Source: an uncultured delta proteobacterium (GTDB taxonomy: Bacteria > Myxococcota_A > Polyangia > Haliangiales > Haliangiaceae). From it: DNA of 64,000 nucleotides. The position numbers and the translations under genes were made by a program. A model generated the notes under the pieces. It saw only the letters and a program-made list of their open reading frames with translations, was not told the DNA's origin and searched no databases. Numbering within the stretch: position 1 is the stretch's first letter; the number at the start of each line of letters is the position of its first letter. Positions 10,050-19,070 of the stretch are shown one piece after another. The stretch covers positions 96,001-160,000 of the forward strand of contig CAVUQH010000002.1 in NCBI GenBank assembly GCA_963743525.1, read 5' to 3'.

Positions 10050-10514
10050 GTGCCCGCCTGCATCTTCTGCAGCATCGTCGCCGGCGCCGCGCCGGCGAGC
10101 GTGGTCTGGGCCGACGAGCAGGTTCTGGCGTTCCTCGACATCTACCCGCTGCGCGTCGGTCACGTCCTGGTGATCCCGCGCACGCATGCGGTTCGCCTGA
10201 GCGAGGTTCCATCCGGTACGCGGGCACACCTGTTCGCCGTCGCCATCGAGATCGGCGACGCGCTGCGCGCCGGCTCCGTGCCGTGCGACGACGTCAACAT
10301 CGTGGTCAACGACGGCCGTGCGGCCAATCAAACGGTGCCCCACGTGCACGTTCACGTGCTGCCCCGGCGCCGCGGCGATTTGCCGCGGGTGCTGGGTGCG
10401 CTGATGCGCCGGCCTCTGGCCCCGCTGCTCGATGCCCGCGGCCGCCCTGCTCTCGACACCGACGCCGCCGAGATCCGCCGCCACCTGGACGGTCAACGTT
10501 TGGCCGCGGATTAG
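10050..10514 (+). CDS. HIT-family hydrolase
   Basis: CIFCSI, GHVLVIP, QTVPHVHVHVLP histidine triad. Confidence 0.9.
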   Translation: MPACIFCSIVAGAAPASVVWADEQVLAFLDIYPLRVGHVLVIPRTHAVRLSEVPSGTRAHLFAVAIEIGDALRAGSVPCDDVNIVVNDGRAANQTVPHVHVHVLPRRRGDLPRVLGALMRRPLAPLLDARGRPALDTDAAEIRRHLDGQRLAAD

Positions 10515-10547
10515 CTCTGGCCGCGCGGACCCGCTACTATGCGGATC

Positions 10548-11030
10548 GTGAGCGACTCGGATGACGCCATCGTCTTCGCCGTCGATTTTTCCGAGATGAC
10601 CGACTTCGTCATCGAGGCCGCGGTCGCGCAGGCGCAGCTGTTCGAGCGCCCCGAGGTGCACGCGGTCGCGGTGCTCGAAGCCGGCACCGGCGAGGCGCTG
10701 AGCGGACGTGCACAAACCCACGGCGAGGAGATCGCCGAGCTGACCGAAGCCCTCGAAGCGCGCATCGCCAACGGGTTCGAAGCCGCCGGGCACCCGCTGG
10801 ACGCCCCCGGCGACTGGGAGATCGAGGTGCACGTGCGCACCGGCCACGCGGCTCGCGAGATCGCGACCCTGGCCCGCGAGGTGCGCGCCGGATTGATCGT
10901 CGTCGGCCGCCACGGTCACAGCGGTCCGCGCGACTTCATCGTCGGCAGCGTGCCGTCGCGGCTGTTGCAGCTCGCCCGTTGCGACGTCCTGGTGGTCCAG
11001 CCCAGCGACTACCCGGACGACGACGAGTAG
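10548..11030 (+). CDS. universal stress protein
   Basis: IVFAVDFS, LIVVGRHG...GSV..RLL....CDVLVV; GTG start 7 nt after TACTAT (ATG 10539 is an alternative). Confidence 0.88.
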   Translation: MSDSDDAIVFAVDFSEMTDFVIEAAVAQAQLFERPEVHAVAVLEAGTGEALSGRAQTHGEEIAELTEALEARIANGFEAAGHPLDAPGDWEIEVHVRTGHAAREIATLAREVRAGLIVVGRHGHSGPRDFIVGSVPSRLLQLARCDVLVVQPSDYPDDDE

Positions 11031-11035
11031 CGCGC

Positions 11036-11056
11036 CGGCGAATTCGCCGTTTTCTT
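11036..11056 (+). terminator. probable intrinsic terminator after the usp gene
   Basis: CGGCG-AATT-CGCCG hairpin followed by TTTTCTT. Confidence 0.5.
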
Positions 11057-11090
11057 GCCGCCGGGATCGGCCCGCCTTAGCGTCGCTGGG

Positions 11091-11270
11091 ATGAAACAGC
11101 TCTTCCCCAAGGCGATCGTCGAGGACGGCGTCACCATCGGTTACGTGGATCGGGTGGTCAGCCTGGCCCCGTGGGCGGCGCTGGATCCGCACGGGCGGCA
11201 GATGCTGCGCTTCCAGTCCCGGACCGACGCCGTCGCCGAGGTCCGCCGGGCCTGGCGCGAGCGCCGCTGA
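11091..11270 (+). CDS. small hypothetical protein (59 aa)
   Basis: Coding-like GC3, TAGCGT -10-like hexamer 7 nt before ATG. Confidence 0.5.
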   Translation: MKQLFPKAIVEDGVTIGYVDRVVSLAPWAALDPHGRQMLRFQSRTDAVAEVRRAWRERR

Positions 11271-11313
11271 CAGCTGCTGGCACCGTGCGAATGCCGATCC
11301 CCGTGGCGCTGCC

Positions 11314-12522
11314 ATGTGGGATCCTCTGCTCGTGCGCCCCACCCTCGTTGTCTTGCTACTGGCGTCCTTCGCCCCCGCCGCCCTGGCCAACCCGGCCGGT
11401 GAGGTTTCCACACCCACCGAGCAGAGCCCCGACATCGTCGGCGGCGCCCAGGTGCCCGACGGCAAGTGGCTCGACGCAGCCGGAATCATCGATGACTCCG
11501 GCGAGCCGATCTGCACCGGCGTGCTGGTCGCGCCGACCGTGGTGCTCACCGCCGGCCACTGCGCCGGTGGCATCCGCTCGGTCATCCTCGGCACCAACGA
11601 CTTCACCCAGGGCGGCGAGCAGATCAACGTGGTGCAGGAGATCCCGTACCCGAACTGGCAGAACAGTCACGACATTACGGCGCTGGTGCTCGAGCATCCC
11701 TCGACCATCGAGCCGCGCCTCATCGCCAGCGGCTGCATCCGCGACAACTACATCGCCAACGGCGCCGACGTCGCCATCGTCGGCTACGGCGCCATCGACA
11801 CCCGCGGCCGCCAGTACACCAACGAGCTGCGCGAGGCGTTCACCACCGTCACCGACGCCGACTGCACCGCGATCGACCGCGGCTGTACCTCCAGCGTCAG
11901 CCCGGGCGGCGAGATCGGCGCCGGCGGCATGGGCATCGACACCTGCTTCGGCGACTCCGGCGGGCCGATGTACCTGCTCACCGATCGCGGCGACTTCGTC
12001 GTCGGCCTGACGTCGCGCGGCTGGGACGACTCCACCACGCCATGCGGTGACGGCGGCATCTACGAGCGCCCCGACTCGGTCATCGACTGGATCGAGAGCC
12101 AGACCGGCGCCACGCTGGTCGAGCCGACCTGCAACGTCGCGCCGGCACCCACGGCCCCCGAGATCGTCGTCGCCGCGGGCGACACCGCCAGCACCGCCGT
12201 GGCCGCCAACGACCCGGACACCACCGACAGCGAGACCTACGCGATCAGCGTCGCCCCGGAGCACGGCACCGCCGAGATCTCGGCAACCGGCGAGCTGACC
12301 TTTGCCGCCGATGCCGACTACGAAGGCGCCGATCAGCTGACCGTGCAGGTCACCGACAACGGCCAGCCGGCGCTGAGCGGCGACGTCGTCGTGCTGATCA
12401 CCGTGACGCCGGGCGACGCCGCGGGAGGCTGCGGCTGCAGCACCGGCTCGGGCGGCGCTCCGGGCACGCTGCTCCTGCTCTTGTTCGTGGCCGCGCTCCT
12501 GCGGCGATCTAGAGCCGCGTAA
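11314..12522 (+). CDS. S1 (trypsin-like) serine protease with Ig/cadherin-like domain and MYXO-CTERM
   Basis: IVGG, LTAGHC, DI, TCFGDSGGP; C-terminal GGCGC + TM + RRSR. Confidence 0.93.
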   Translation: MWDPLLVRPTLVVLLLASFAPAALANPAGEVSTPTEQSPDIVGGAQVPDGKWLDAAGIIDDSGEPICTGVLVAPTVVLTAGHCAGGIRSVILGTNDFTQGGEQINVVQEIPYPNWQNSHDITALVLEHPSTIEPRLIASGCIRDNYIANGADVAIVGYGAIDTRGRQYTNELREAFTTVTDADCTAIDRGCTSSVSPGGEIGAGGMGIDTCFGDSGGPMYLLTDRGDFVVGLTSRGWDDSTTPCGDGGIYERPDSVIDWIESQTGATLVEPTCNVAPAPTAPEIVVAAGDTASTAVAANDPDTTDSETYAISVAPEHGTAEISATGELTFAADADYEGADQLTVQVTDNGQPALSGDVVVLITVTPGDAAGGCGCSTGSGGAPGTLLLLLFVAALLRRSRAA

Positions 12523-12976
12523 TCTCGACCTTGACCGGGCGCTCTTCCGGGGCTCGGACCAGGACTTCGACCGGCAGCTCGTCGCTCTTCATGTGGAAAG
12601 TCGACGAGAAGCTCACGGTCACGTCCCAGCGGCTGCCGCTGGCCTTGCCCGCGGGATCCCGGGCCAGGTGGATCGGCCCGTTGACCAGGTGATCGAGCTC
12701 GCGGCCCTGCTGCATGACCACCACGTTCCACAGGGTCGGGTCCTCGAACGCCTCGCCCTCGAGGCGGCCGCGGCCGATCCCGATGATGTCGAGGTGCAGC
12801 GCGCTGCCCAGCCGCTTGGCCTTGACCTCGACCTGCAGCGGCTGCGGCGCGACATCGCCGTCCGCGGCGAGCTCGACCGGTGGAACTACGTGGCTGTGGG
12901 CGACCGCTTTGTGCGCAGGAGCACCCCCGCACGCAGCCACCAACGCCGGCAAAACGAACAGTGCCGCGACCCTCAT
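12509..12976 (-). CDS. hypothetical lipoprotein
   Basis: MRVAALFVLPALVAAC lipobox. Confidence 0.65.
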   Translation of the reverse strand: MRVAALFVLPALVAACGGAPAHKAVAHSHVVPPVELAADGDVAPQPLQVEVKAKRLGSALHLDIIGIGRGRLEGEAFEDPTLWNVVVMQQGRELDHLVNGPIHLARDPAGKASGSRWDVTVSFSSTFHMKSDELPVEVLVRAPEERPVKVEITRL

Positions 12977-13095
12977 CCTCGCGATCGAGGCTAGCACGGT
13001 CGGGGGCGCTCCCGTCGGTAAGATCCAGGGCCGGCGCTAACAGCGACAGGCAATTTCGAAAACCGCCGCGACACCGGTATCCTCGACCCGTTGGC

Positions 13096-14715
13096 ATGAG
13101 CGTGCACCGCCCCACCTACATCGTCGCCGCCGCCCTCATGGCGCTCCTGACAACCGCTTGCACGGAGCACAACCCGCGCTACTGCGACTCCAACGCGGAC
13201 TGCAAGAGCAGCGACTATCCGTTCTGCGACATCAACGGTGCGTTCGGCGCCGGCAGCGTGCGCAACCGATGCATCGCCGCGCCCGGCGACGGCGGTGTGA
13301 TGACCTGCGACACCAGCGCCGACTGCACGAAAGCCAATGCGCCGATCTGCAGCACCGGATCGATGGCCTGTCTACCGTGCACCGAGGGATCGCAGGGCGA
13401 CGCCGACTGCACCGCCCGGGATCCCAACACGCCGATCTGCACCAGCGACGGTCGCTGCGTCGCCTGCAGCGGCGACCTCGACTGTCCCGACACGATGCCG
13501 CTGTGCGGCAGTGACGACATGTGCACGACCTGCACCGACGGCGCCATGGGCGACAGCGCCTGCGCCGCCCGCGACGCCACCGAGCCCTATTGTCTGGGCG
13601 GCGGCTGCGTCGAGTGCGTCGCCGACACGGACTGCCCGATGACCGAGCCGGTCTGTGACGGCGACGGTCACTTCTGCCGGCCGTGCACCGGCCATCCCGA
13701 GTGCACCTCGAAGGTGTGCGATCCGGACAACGGCCAGTGCGTGCCCGACGGCTCCATCATCTACGTCAACCGCGACATGGGCACCGACAGCCAGAGCTGC
13801 GGCAGCCTGAACAACCCCTGCCAGAGCATCAGCGGAACCTACGGCGGACTGGCCAAGGTCGCCGCCAAGAAGATCATTCGTGTGTTCGGCAGCAGCAGCG
13901 CGTACCAGGGTCAGGTGGACATCAACGGCCTGAGCGTCACCATCTACGGCGACGGCGCCACCATCAATCCGGTGTCGTCGGACGTCCCCGCCCTGCTCGT
14001 CCGCAACGGCGCCACGGCGGTCGTCGAAGGCCTGACGATCTCCCGCGCCGCCGGCAGCCTGGGCGACGGCGTCAACTGTCGCGGTCCCAACACCACCCTG
14101 CGCCTCTACCACGTGGAGGTCGCCGACAACGACGGCCAGGGCGTCAACGCCGCCGACGGCTGCACGCTCGAGGTCGAGCGCGCGACCATCGACCACAACA
14201 CCAGCGGCGGCGTGCTGATCAGCAACACCAGCTTCACCCTGATCAACAACTTCATCACCCGCAACGGCGAAGCGGGCACCAGCGGCAGCCTGTTCGGCGG
14301 GGTGCGCATCAGCAACGGCGGTGACTTCACCCAGGTGTTCGACTTCAACACCATCGCCGACAGCCGGGCCAACAGCAACAGCGCGGGCGCCGGCGTCTCG
14401 TGCGAGGTGACCAAGGCGATGACGGCGTCGAACAACATCGTCTACCTGCGCACCGGCGGCACCGGGATCATCAGCAACACCAACTGCTCGTGGACCTACT
14501 CTGACGTCCAGGGCGGCCCCGCCGGCACCGGCAACATCGACATGGACCCGCTGTTCGTCGATTCGAACAACGTCAACTTCCACCTGCTGCCGACCTCCCC
14601 GTGCCGCGACAAGGCCGAGGACGGAACCGGCAACGACATCGACATCGACGGCCAAGACCGCCCCGAAGGCGCCCACGCCGACATCGGCGCCGACGAGGTC
14701 CACGACAACAACTAG
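13096..14715 (+). CDS. Cys-rich repeat lipoprotein with C-terminal parallel beta-helix domain
   Basis: Lipobox TTAC; several C..D.DC....P.C repeats; Asn-rich beta-helix; GNIDMDPLF...FHL..TSPC.D...DIGADE tail. Confidence 0.8.
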   Translation: MSVHRPTYIVAAALMALLTTACTEHNPRYCDSNADCKSSDYPFCDINGAFGAGSVRNRCIAAPGDGGVMTCDTSADCTKANAPICSTGSMACLPCTEGSQGDADCTARDPNTPICTSDGRCVACSGDLDCPDTMPLCGSDDMCTTCTDGAMGDSACAARDATEPYCLGGGCVECVADTDCPMTEPVCDGDGHFCRPCTGHPECTSKVCDPDNGQCVPDGSIIYVNRDMGTDSQSCGSLNNPCQSISGTYGGLAKVAAKKIIRVFGSSSAYQGQVDINGLSVTIYGDGATINPVSSDVPALLVRNGATAVVEGLTISRAAGSLGDGVNCRGPNTTLRLYHVEVADNDGQGVNAADGCTLEVERATIDHNTSGGVLISNTSFTLINNFITRNGEAGTSGSLFGGVRISNGGDFTQVFDFNTIADSRANSNSAGAGVSCEVTKAMTASNNIVYLRTGGTGIISNTNCSWTYSDVQGGPAGTGNIDMDPLFVDSNNVNFHLLPTSPCRDKAEDGTGNDIDIDGQDRPEGAHADIGADEVHDNN

Positions 14716-16124
14716 TTGGCCGGGACGGTCGTACCCGCCGCGGTCGAGTCGATCATGTCACCGATGTTGTTGACCTCGGTGTCGCGGGTGCCGAGCTGGC
14801 CGGTCTCGCCGCTGAGCCAGTTCCACTCGATGAACTTGACGATCGACGAGTGCTCCATGGTCACGTGCGAGATGTAGTTGCTCTTGGCCATCGGTCCCAG
14901 GGCCATGAAGATGGTGCGGACGCCGTACGGCTGGCAGTCGACGGTGCTGGTCGGCGGCGGAGCGACGTGGTCGAAGTAGCCGCCACCCTCGTCGTAGACC
15001 AGCAGGATGAGGGTGTTGTCCTTGTAGGTGTTGGAGTTGAGGACGGCGTCGACGATGCCGGTCACGAAGGTCGCGCCCTCGGAGATGGTGTTCTGGAAGC
15101 CCGGGTGCTCGGTGCGGAAGCCGATCGCCTTGACGAAGCTGACCGACGGCAGGGTGCCGTTGGTGATGTCGTCGGTGAACTTGCTGATGTCCTTGAAGTT
15201 GGCCGGCTTGTCCTGCAGCGACGGGTAGTACTGGAACGGCACGTCGGTCGGGTCGTAGATGCACGGGTAGGCCTGGAAGTTGACGTGGCAGCCGGTCTGC
15301 GCGTCCGGGCAGCTGCCGTTGCCGACCGCGGTGACCATGTCGTCGTAGCCGCCGCCGTACCAGCTCCAGGTGACGCTGCAGTCGTTGAGGATGTCGGCGA
15401 TGGTGGTGTCGGTGTAGTCGGTGCCGGAGGATCCGCCGAACCCGCAGCTGCCGCCGATCGAGTTGGTGCCCACGGTGTTGTCCTTGAACACGAAGTGGGC
15501 GCGGGCGAAATACATGTCGTTGGACGAGCTGGCGCCGAGCACCGGCTGGAAGTAGTTGTCGGCCAGCGCGTAGCTCTGGGCGTAGGTGACGTACGGCGCC
15601 GCCGGGCCGGTGGTCGGGTCGGCGTAGGCGAAGTTCTTGGCGTCGGCGCAGCCGCTGATCCCGTCGACGAAGCCGTTCATGGCGCCGCCATTGACCTGCG
15701 TCTGGTTGCAGTCGAAGGTGTGGTTCGGATCGAAGGCGCCGTTGGCGGTGTCGTCCAGCGTGATCGGGCTGGAGCTCGGTGAGCCCGGCGCCTCGGTCGG
15801 CGCGGCCTCGCAGCAGGACGGGCCGCTGGTGCAGGTCGGTGACGATCCGGTTGCCGCCGTGCACCACTTGCCGAAGTAGTTGTCGAAGGAGTGGTTCTCC
15901 TGGACGATCACCACCAGGTGCTCGATGTTGGACTGAGCGCCGCTGCCGCAGGTGACCGCGGTCTTGGTCGGCGTGGTCGGCACGCACCCGCCCGCGTCGG
16001 CGCCGGGGCCGTCGGTCGGCGGCGCCGCGTCGGCGCGCGGGCGAGCGTCGGGGTTGCTGTTGCCTCCCCCACCGCAAGAAACGAGTCCGAGCCCCAGGAT
16101 GCAAGCCACGAGATAGTCGCGCAT
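14712..16124 (-). CDS. phosphoesterase / phospholipase C (acid phosphatase) family lipoprotein
   Basis: IEHLVVIVQENHSFDNYFG, LADNYF, YDEGGGYFDHVAPP. Confidence 0.9.
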   Translation of the reverse strand: MRDYLVACILGLGLVSCGGGGNSNPDARPRADAAPPTDGPGADAGGCVPTTPTKTAVTCGSGAQSNIEHLVVIVQENHSFDNYFGKWCTAATGSSPTCTSGPSCCEAAPTEAPGSPSSSPITLDDTANGAFDPNHTFDCNQTQVNGGAMNGFVDGISGCADAKNFAYADPTTGPAAPYVTYAQSYALADNYFQPVLGASSSNDMYFARAHFVFKDNTVGTNSIGGSCGFGGSSGTDYTDTTIADILNDCSVTWSWYGGGYDDMVTAVGNGSCPDAQTGCHVNFQAYPCIYDPTDVPFQYYPSLQDKPANFKDISKFTDDITNGTLPSVSFVKAIGFRTEHPGFQNTISEGATFVTGIVDAVLNSNTYKDNTLILLVYDEGGGYFDHVAPPPTSTVDCQPYGVRTIFMALGPMAKSNYISHVTMEHSSIVKFIEWNWLSGETGQLGTRDTEVNNIGDMIDSTAAGTTVPAN

Positions 16125-16168
16125 GGCCGCATCATAACGCTACCCGGCCCGCTCCGGGGCGCCGGAGA

Positions 16169-17446
16169 TCACACGGCCCGGCGGCGCCTGCGGAGCAAAC
16201 CGACCAGGCCGATCAGGAGCAACCAGACGCCCGCCGGCGAGCCGCCGGCCGCACAGCCGCCGTTCACGTCGTTGTTGCCGTTGCCGTTGCCGCCACCGCC
16301 ACCGCCACCACCCGAGCCCGACCCGGGCCAGCAGACGCTGGTGCCGTTGCTGGCGCTGACGCAGTCGAATCCATCGGGGCAGCTGTTGTTGGCGTCGCAG
16401 CTCTGGGTGCAGGTGCCACCCGTCGTGGTCATGCCACACAGGCCCGAGGCGCACTGGGTGCTGTCCTGACAGTCGGCGCCCAGGCCACCTGGCTGGTACG
16501 GAGCCGGCTCACACTGGCCGTTGGAGCCACACACGTCACCGTTGGGGCAGTCGCTGTTGCCCGCGCAGATCGGGCAGTCCGGATCGATCGGCAGCGCGCC
16601 CGAGCCGCAGACGTTGTTGCAGGCGCCGTCGGCCTGGCACTGCAGCTCCGGCACGTGCTGGTAGAGGAAGTCGAGCTCGGCATCCACGCGGGTGTCGGCG
16701 CCCATCTGCTGGCAGTTCTGGTCGCCGAACGAAGTCACGCCGACCACGCGCTGCACGCCGTTGATGGTGGCGTAGGACGGGCCGCCGCTGTCGCCGCTGC
16801 ACTTGCCGGTGCCGTCGGTCTGCGAGTAGCAGAGCAGGTTGTTGTCGGACTCGCCGTAGGTCGAGCACGACACCGTCTGCTTGCCCTGCAGGTAGTACAA
16901 CGTGCCGGCCGAGCTCTGGTTGCCGACCTGGCTGATGCCGTAGCCGACCTGCAGCACCGCGATGCCGACCGGCGCGTCCGCCTTGAGGCGATTGATCGGC
17001 GTCGGCGCGCGGTCGGTGACCGGCGACGACAGTTTGACCAGGCCGATGTCGTTGTCGCCCAGCGCCTGCTCGGAGAAGCCGGGCTCGGGGAACGTGTCGG
17101 CGGCGCTGTGCTGGCTGCCGCTGTTGGAGTTCAGGTCGGTCGCATCGACGAGCACGATCGTGCTCGACGTCACTTGTGCCTGAGTGCTGTAGCCGAGCAG
17201 CGACGGGGTCACGCAGTGCGCCGCAGTCAGCACCCACTGCGGGGTGATCAGCGTGCCGCTGCACAGGCTGCCGGCGGTATTGTAGATGGCCACGGCGGTG
17301 GGGAACTGACCTACGCTACCCGGCTGGCCGCCCAGGATGGGCGCGCTAACAGAGCCCGTGGAGATGTCCCCTTCCACCGTACAAGCCGAAAGCAGTGCGG
17401 CCGCCATGGCGAACCGCAACGAGTGGGACATCAACGTGGTGCGCAT
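16169..17446 (-). CDS. S1 serine protease with Cys-rich region and MYXO-CTERM
   Basis: ILGG, LTAAHC, NDIGL, CSGDSGGP; GGCAA + TM + RRRRR. Confidence 0.93.
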   Translation of the reverse strand: MRTTLMSHSLRFAMAAALLSACTVEGDISTGSVSAPILGGQPGSVGQFPTAVAIYNTAGSLCSGTLITPQWVLTAAHCVTPSLLGYSTQAQVTSSTIVLVDATDLNSNSGSQHSAADTFPEPGFSEQALGDNDIGLVKLSSPVTDRAPTPINRLKADAPVGIAVLQVGYGISQVGNQSSAGTLYYLQGKQTVSCSTYGESDNNLLCYSQTDGTGKCSGDSGGPSYATINGVQRVVGVTSFGDQNCQQMGADTRVDAELDFLYQHVPELQCQADGACNNVCGSGALPIDPDCPICAGNSDCPNGDVCGSNGQCEPAPYQPGGLGADCQDSTQCASGLCGMTTTGGTCTQSCDANNSCPDGFDCVSASNGTSVCWPGSGSGGGGGGGGNGNGNNDVNGGCAAGGSPAGVWLLLIGLVGLLRRRRRAV

Positions 17447-17576
17447 AGCACCGGTAAGTGTCGCGCTGACGGGCACAGCGCGCCGCTAACAAGGACCGGC
17501 TTTTGCCGGCCCTGGGCGCGCGGATCGTAAACTTCACGCAGCACCTCCAACGCGCGCGTATAGCAGAGGGAGTAAG

Positions 17577-19070
17577 ATGGCCCCCGTGACCACCGAGCGC
17601 CCCGAGCGATACGACCTCGTAATCCTTGGTGCAGGCCCGGCCGGCTACGCAGCGGCGGTGCGCGCACACGATTTGGGCAAGCAGGTGCTGCTGATCGAGA
17701 AGGATCGCATCGGTGGACGAGGGATCCAGGAGGGCGCGCTGTCGTCGAAGACGATGTGGCACCTGGCCAACGACTATGCCGGCGCGCGGCGCAACGATCG
17801 CGGCTTCGTCGCCCACGACGTCAACCTGTCGTACGCGTCGGTCATGCGCGCGGTCAACGCCGCAGTGTGCGAGCGTCGCGAGCTGCTCAGCCGCCAGCTG
17901 GAAGGTCTTGGTGGCGTCGGTTGCGCCACCGGCGGCCGGGTCTGGCGCGAGTCGGGCACCGGTCGCTTCGTCTCGCCGCACGAGGTCAACATCGAGCGCG
18001 CCGACGGCAGCGCGCTGCGCGTGCGCGGCGATCATTTCCTCATCGCCACTGGATCGGTGCCGCGGCGGCTGCCCGGCATCGACGTCAACGGCGACCTGGT
18101 GGTCACCAGCGATCACATCGAAAGCTGGCCGTCGTTCCCCGAAAGCATGGTCGTGGTCGGCGCGGGCGTGGTCGGTTGCGAGTTTGCCACGGTGTTCGGC
18201 CACTACGGTCGGACCAAGCTGTATCTGCTCGACCGCCGCCCGCGCATCTTGCCGTTCGAGGACGAAGACGTCTCGCAGCTGATCACCCACAGCTTCGAGA
18301 AGATGGGCGTGACCATCCACCGGGAGGCCAACCTCGAGTCGCTGAAGGTCGTCAACGGCAAAGTCGAGTACGTGGTCACCTCACCCGAAGGGACCCGGAC
18401 CGTGCGTGTGGACCGCGCGCTGATCTCGGCCGGGCGCGTTCCCAACACGGCCAACCTCGGCCTCGACGCGGCCGGTGTCGAGGTCGGCCGCTCCGGCAGC
18501 ATCACCGTCAACGGCACCCGCACCACTGCGCGCCACATCTTCGCCGCCGGCGACACCACCGCCGACGTCGCCCTGGCCAACGTCGCCGAGCTCGAGGGCC
18601 GCCACGCGGTGGAGACGATGTTCGGCGTGGCGCCCCATCCGATCCGCTACGACGCGCTCAGCGCGATCATGTTCCTCCACCCGGAGGTGGCGTCGGTCGG
18701 CCTGGGCGAGCAGCAGGCGCGCGAGCGCAAGGTGCCGTACCGGGTCGCGGTGGTGCACAACCAGCTGGTCAGCCGCAACGTCGCCATGCGCTCCACCGGC
18801 GGCTTCATCAAGCTCCTGGCTCGCCCGGACAGCCACCGCATCCTCGGCCTGCGTGTGGTCGGCCCGCAGGCGTCGAGCTGCATCCAGGGAATCGCGTTCC
18901 TGATCGAGAAGGACGCCACCCTGGAAGACATCGACTACTGCGTCCACCCCCACCCCGCCGTCACCGAAGGGGTGCAGGAGTGCGCGCGGCTGCTGCTGGG
19001 ACGGTCGCTGCACAAGCCGTCGTTCCTGCCCAGCGAGCTGTTGCGCGTCGACGAGTACCTGCCGGACTAG
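17577..19070 (+). CDS. class I pyridine nucleotide-disulfide oxidoreductase fold (Lpd/SthA-like) lacking the redox Cys pair
   Basis: GAGPAG, ATGS.P, GAGVVGCE, AAGD, HPHPAVTE; GGRGIQEGALSSK in place of GG.C...GC.PSK. Confidence 0.88.
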   Translation: MAPVTTERPERYDLVILGAGPAGYAAAVRAHDLGKQVLLIEKDRIGGRGIQEGALSSKTMWHLANDYAGARRNDRGFVAHDVNLSYASVMRAVNAAVCERRELLSRQLEGLGGVGCATGGRVWRESGTGRFVSPHEVNIERADGSALRVRGDHFLIATGSVPRRLPGIDVNGDLVVTSDHIESWPSFPESMVVVGAGVVGCEFATVFGHYGRTKLYLLDRRPRILPFEDEDVSQLITHSFEKMGVTIHREANLESLKVVNGKVEYVVTSPEGTRTVRVDRALISAGRVPNTANLGLDAAGVEVGRSGSITVNGTRTTARHIFAAGDTTADVALANVAELEGRHAVETMFGVAPHPIRYDALSAIMFLHPEVASVGLGEQQARERKVPYRVAVVHNQLVSRNVAMRSTGGFIKLLARPDSHRILGLRVVGPQASSCIQGIAFLIEKDATLEDIDYCVHPHPAVTEGVQECARLLLGRSLHKPSFLPSELLRVDEYLPD

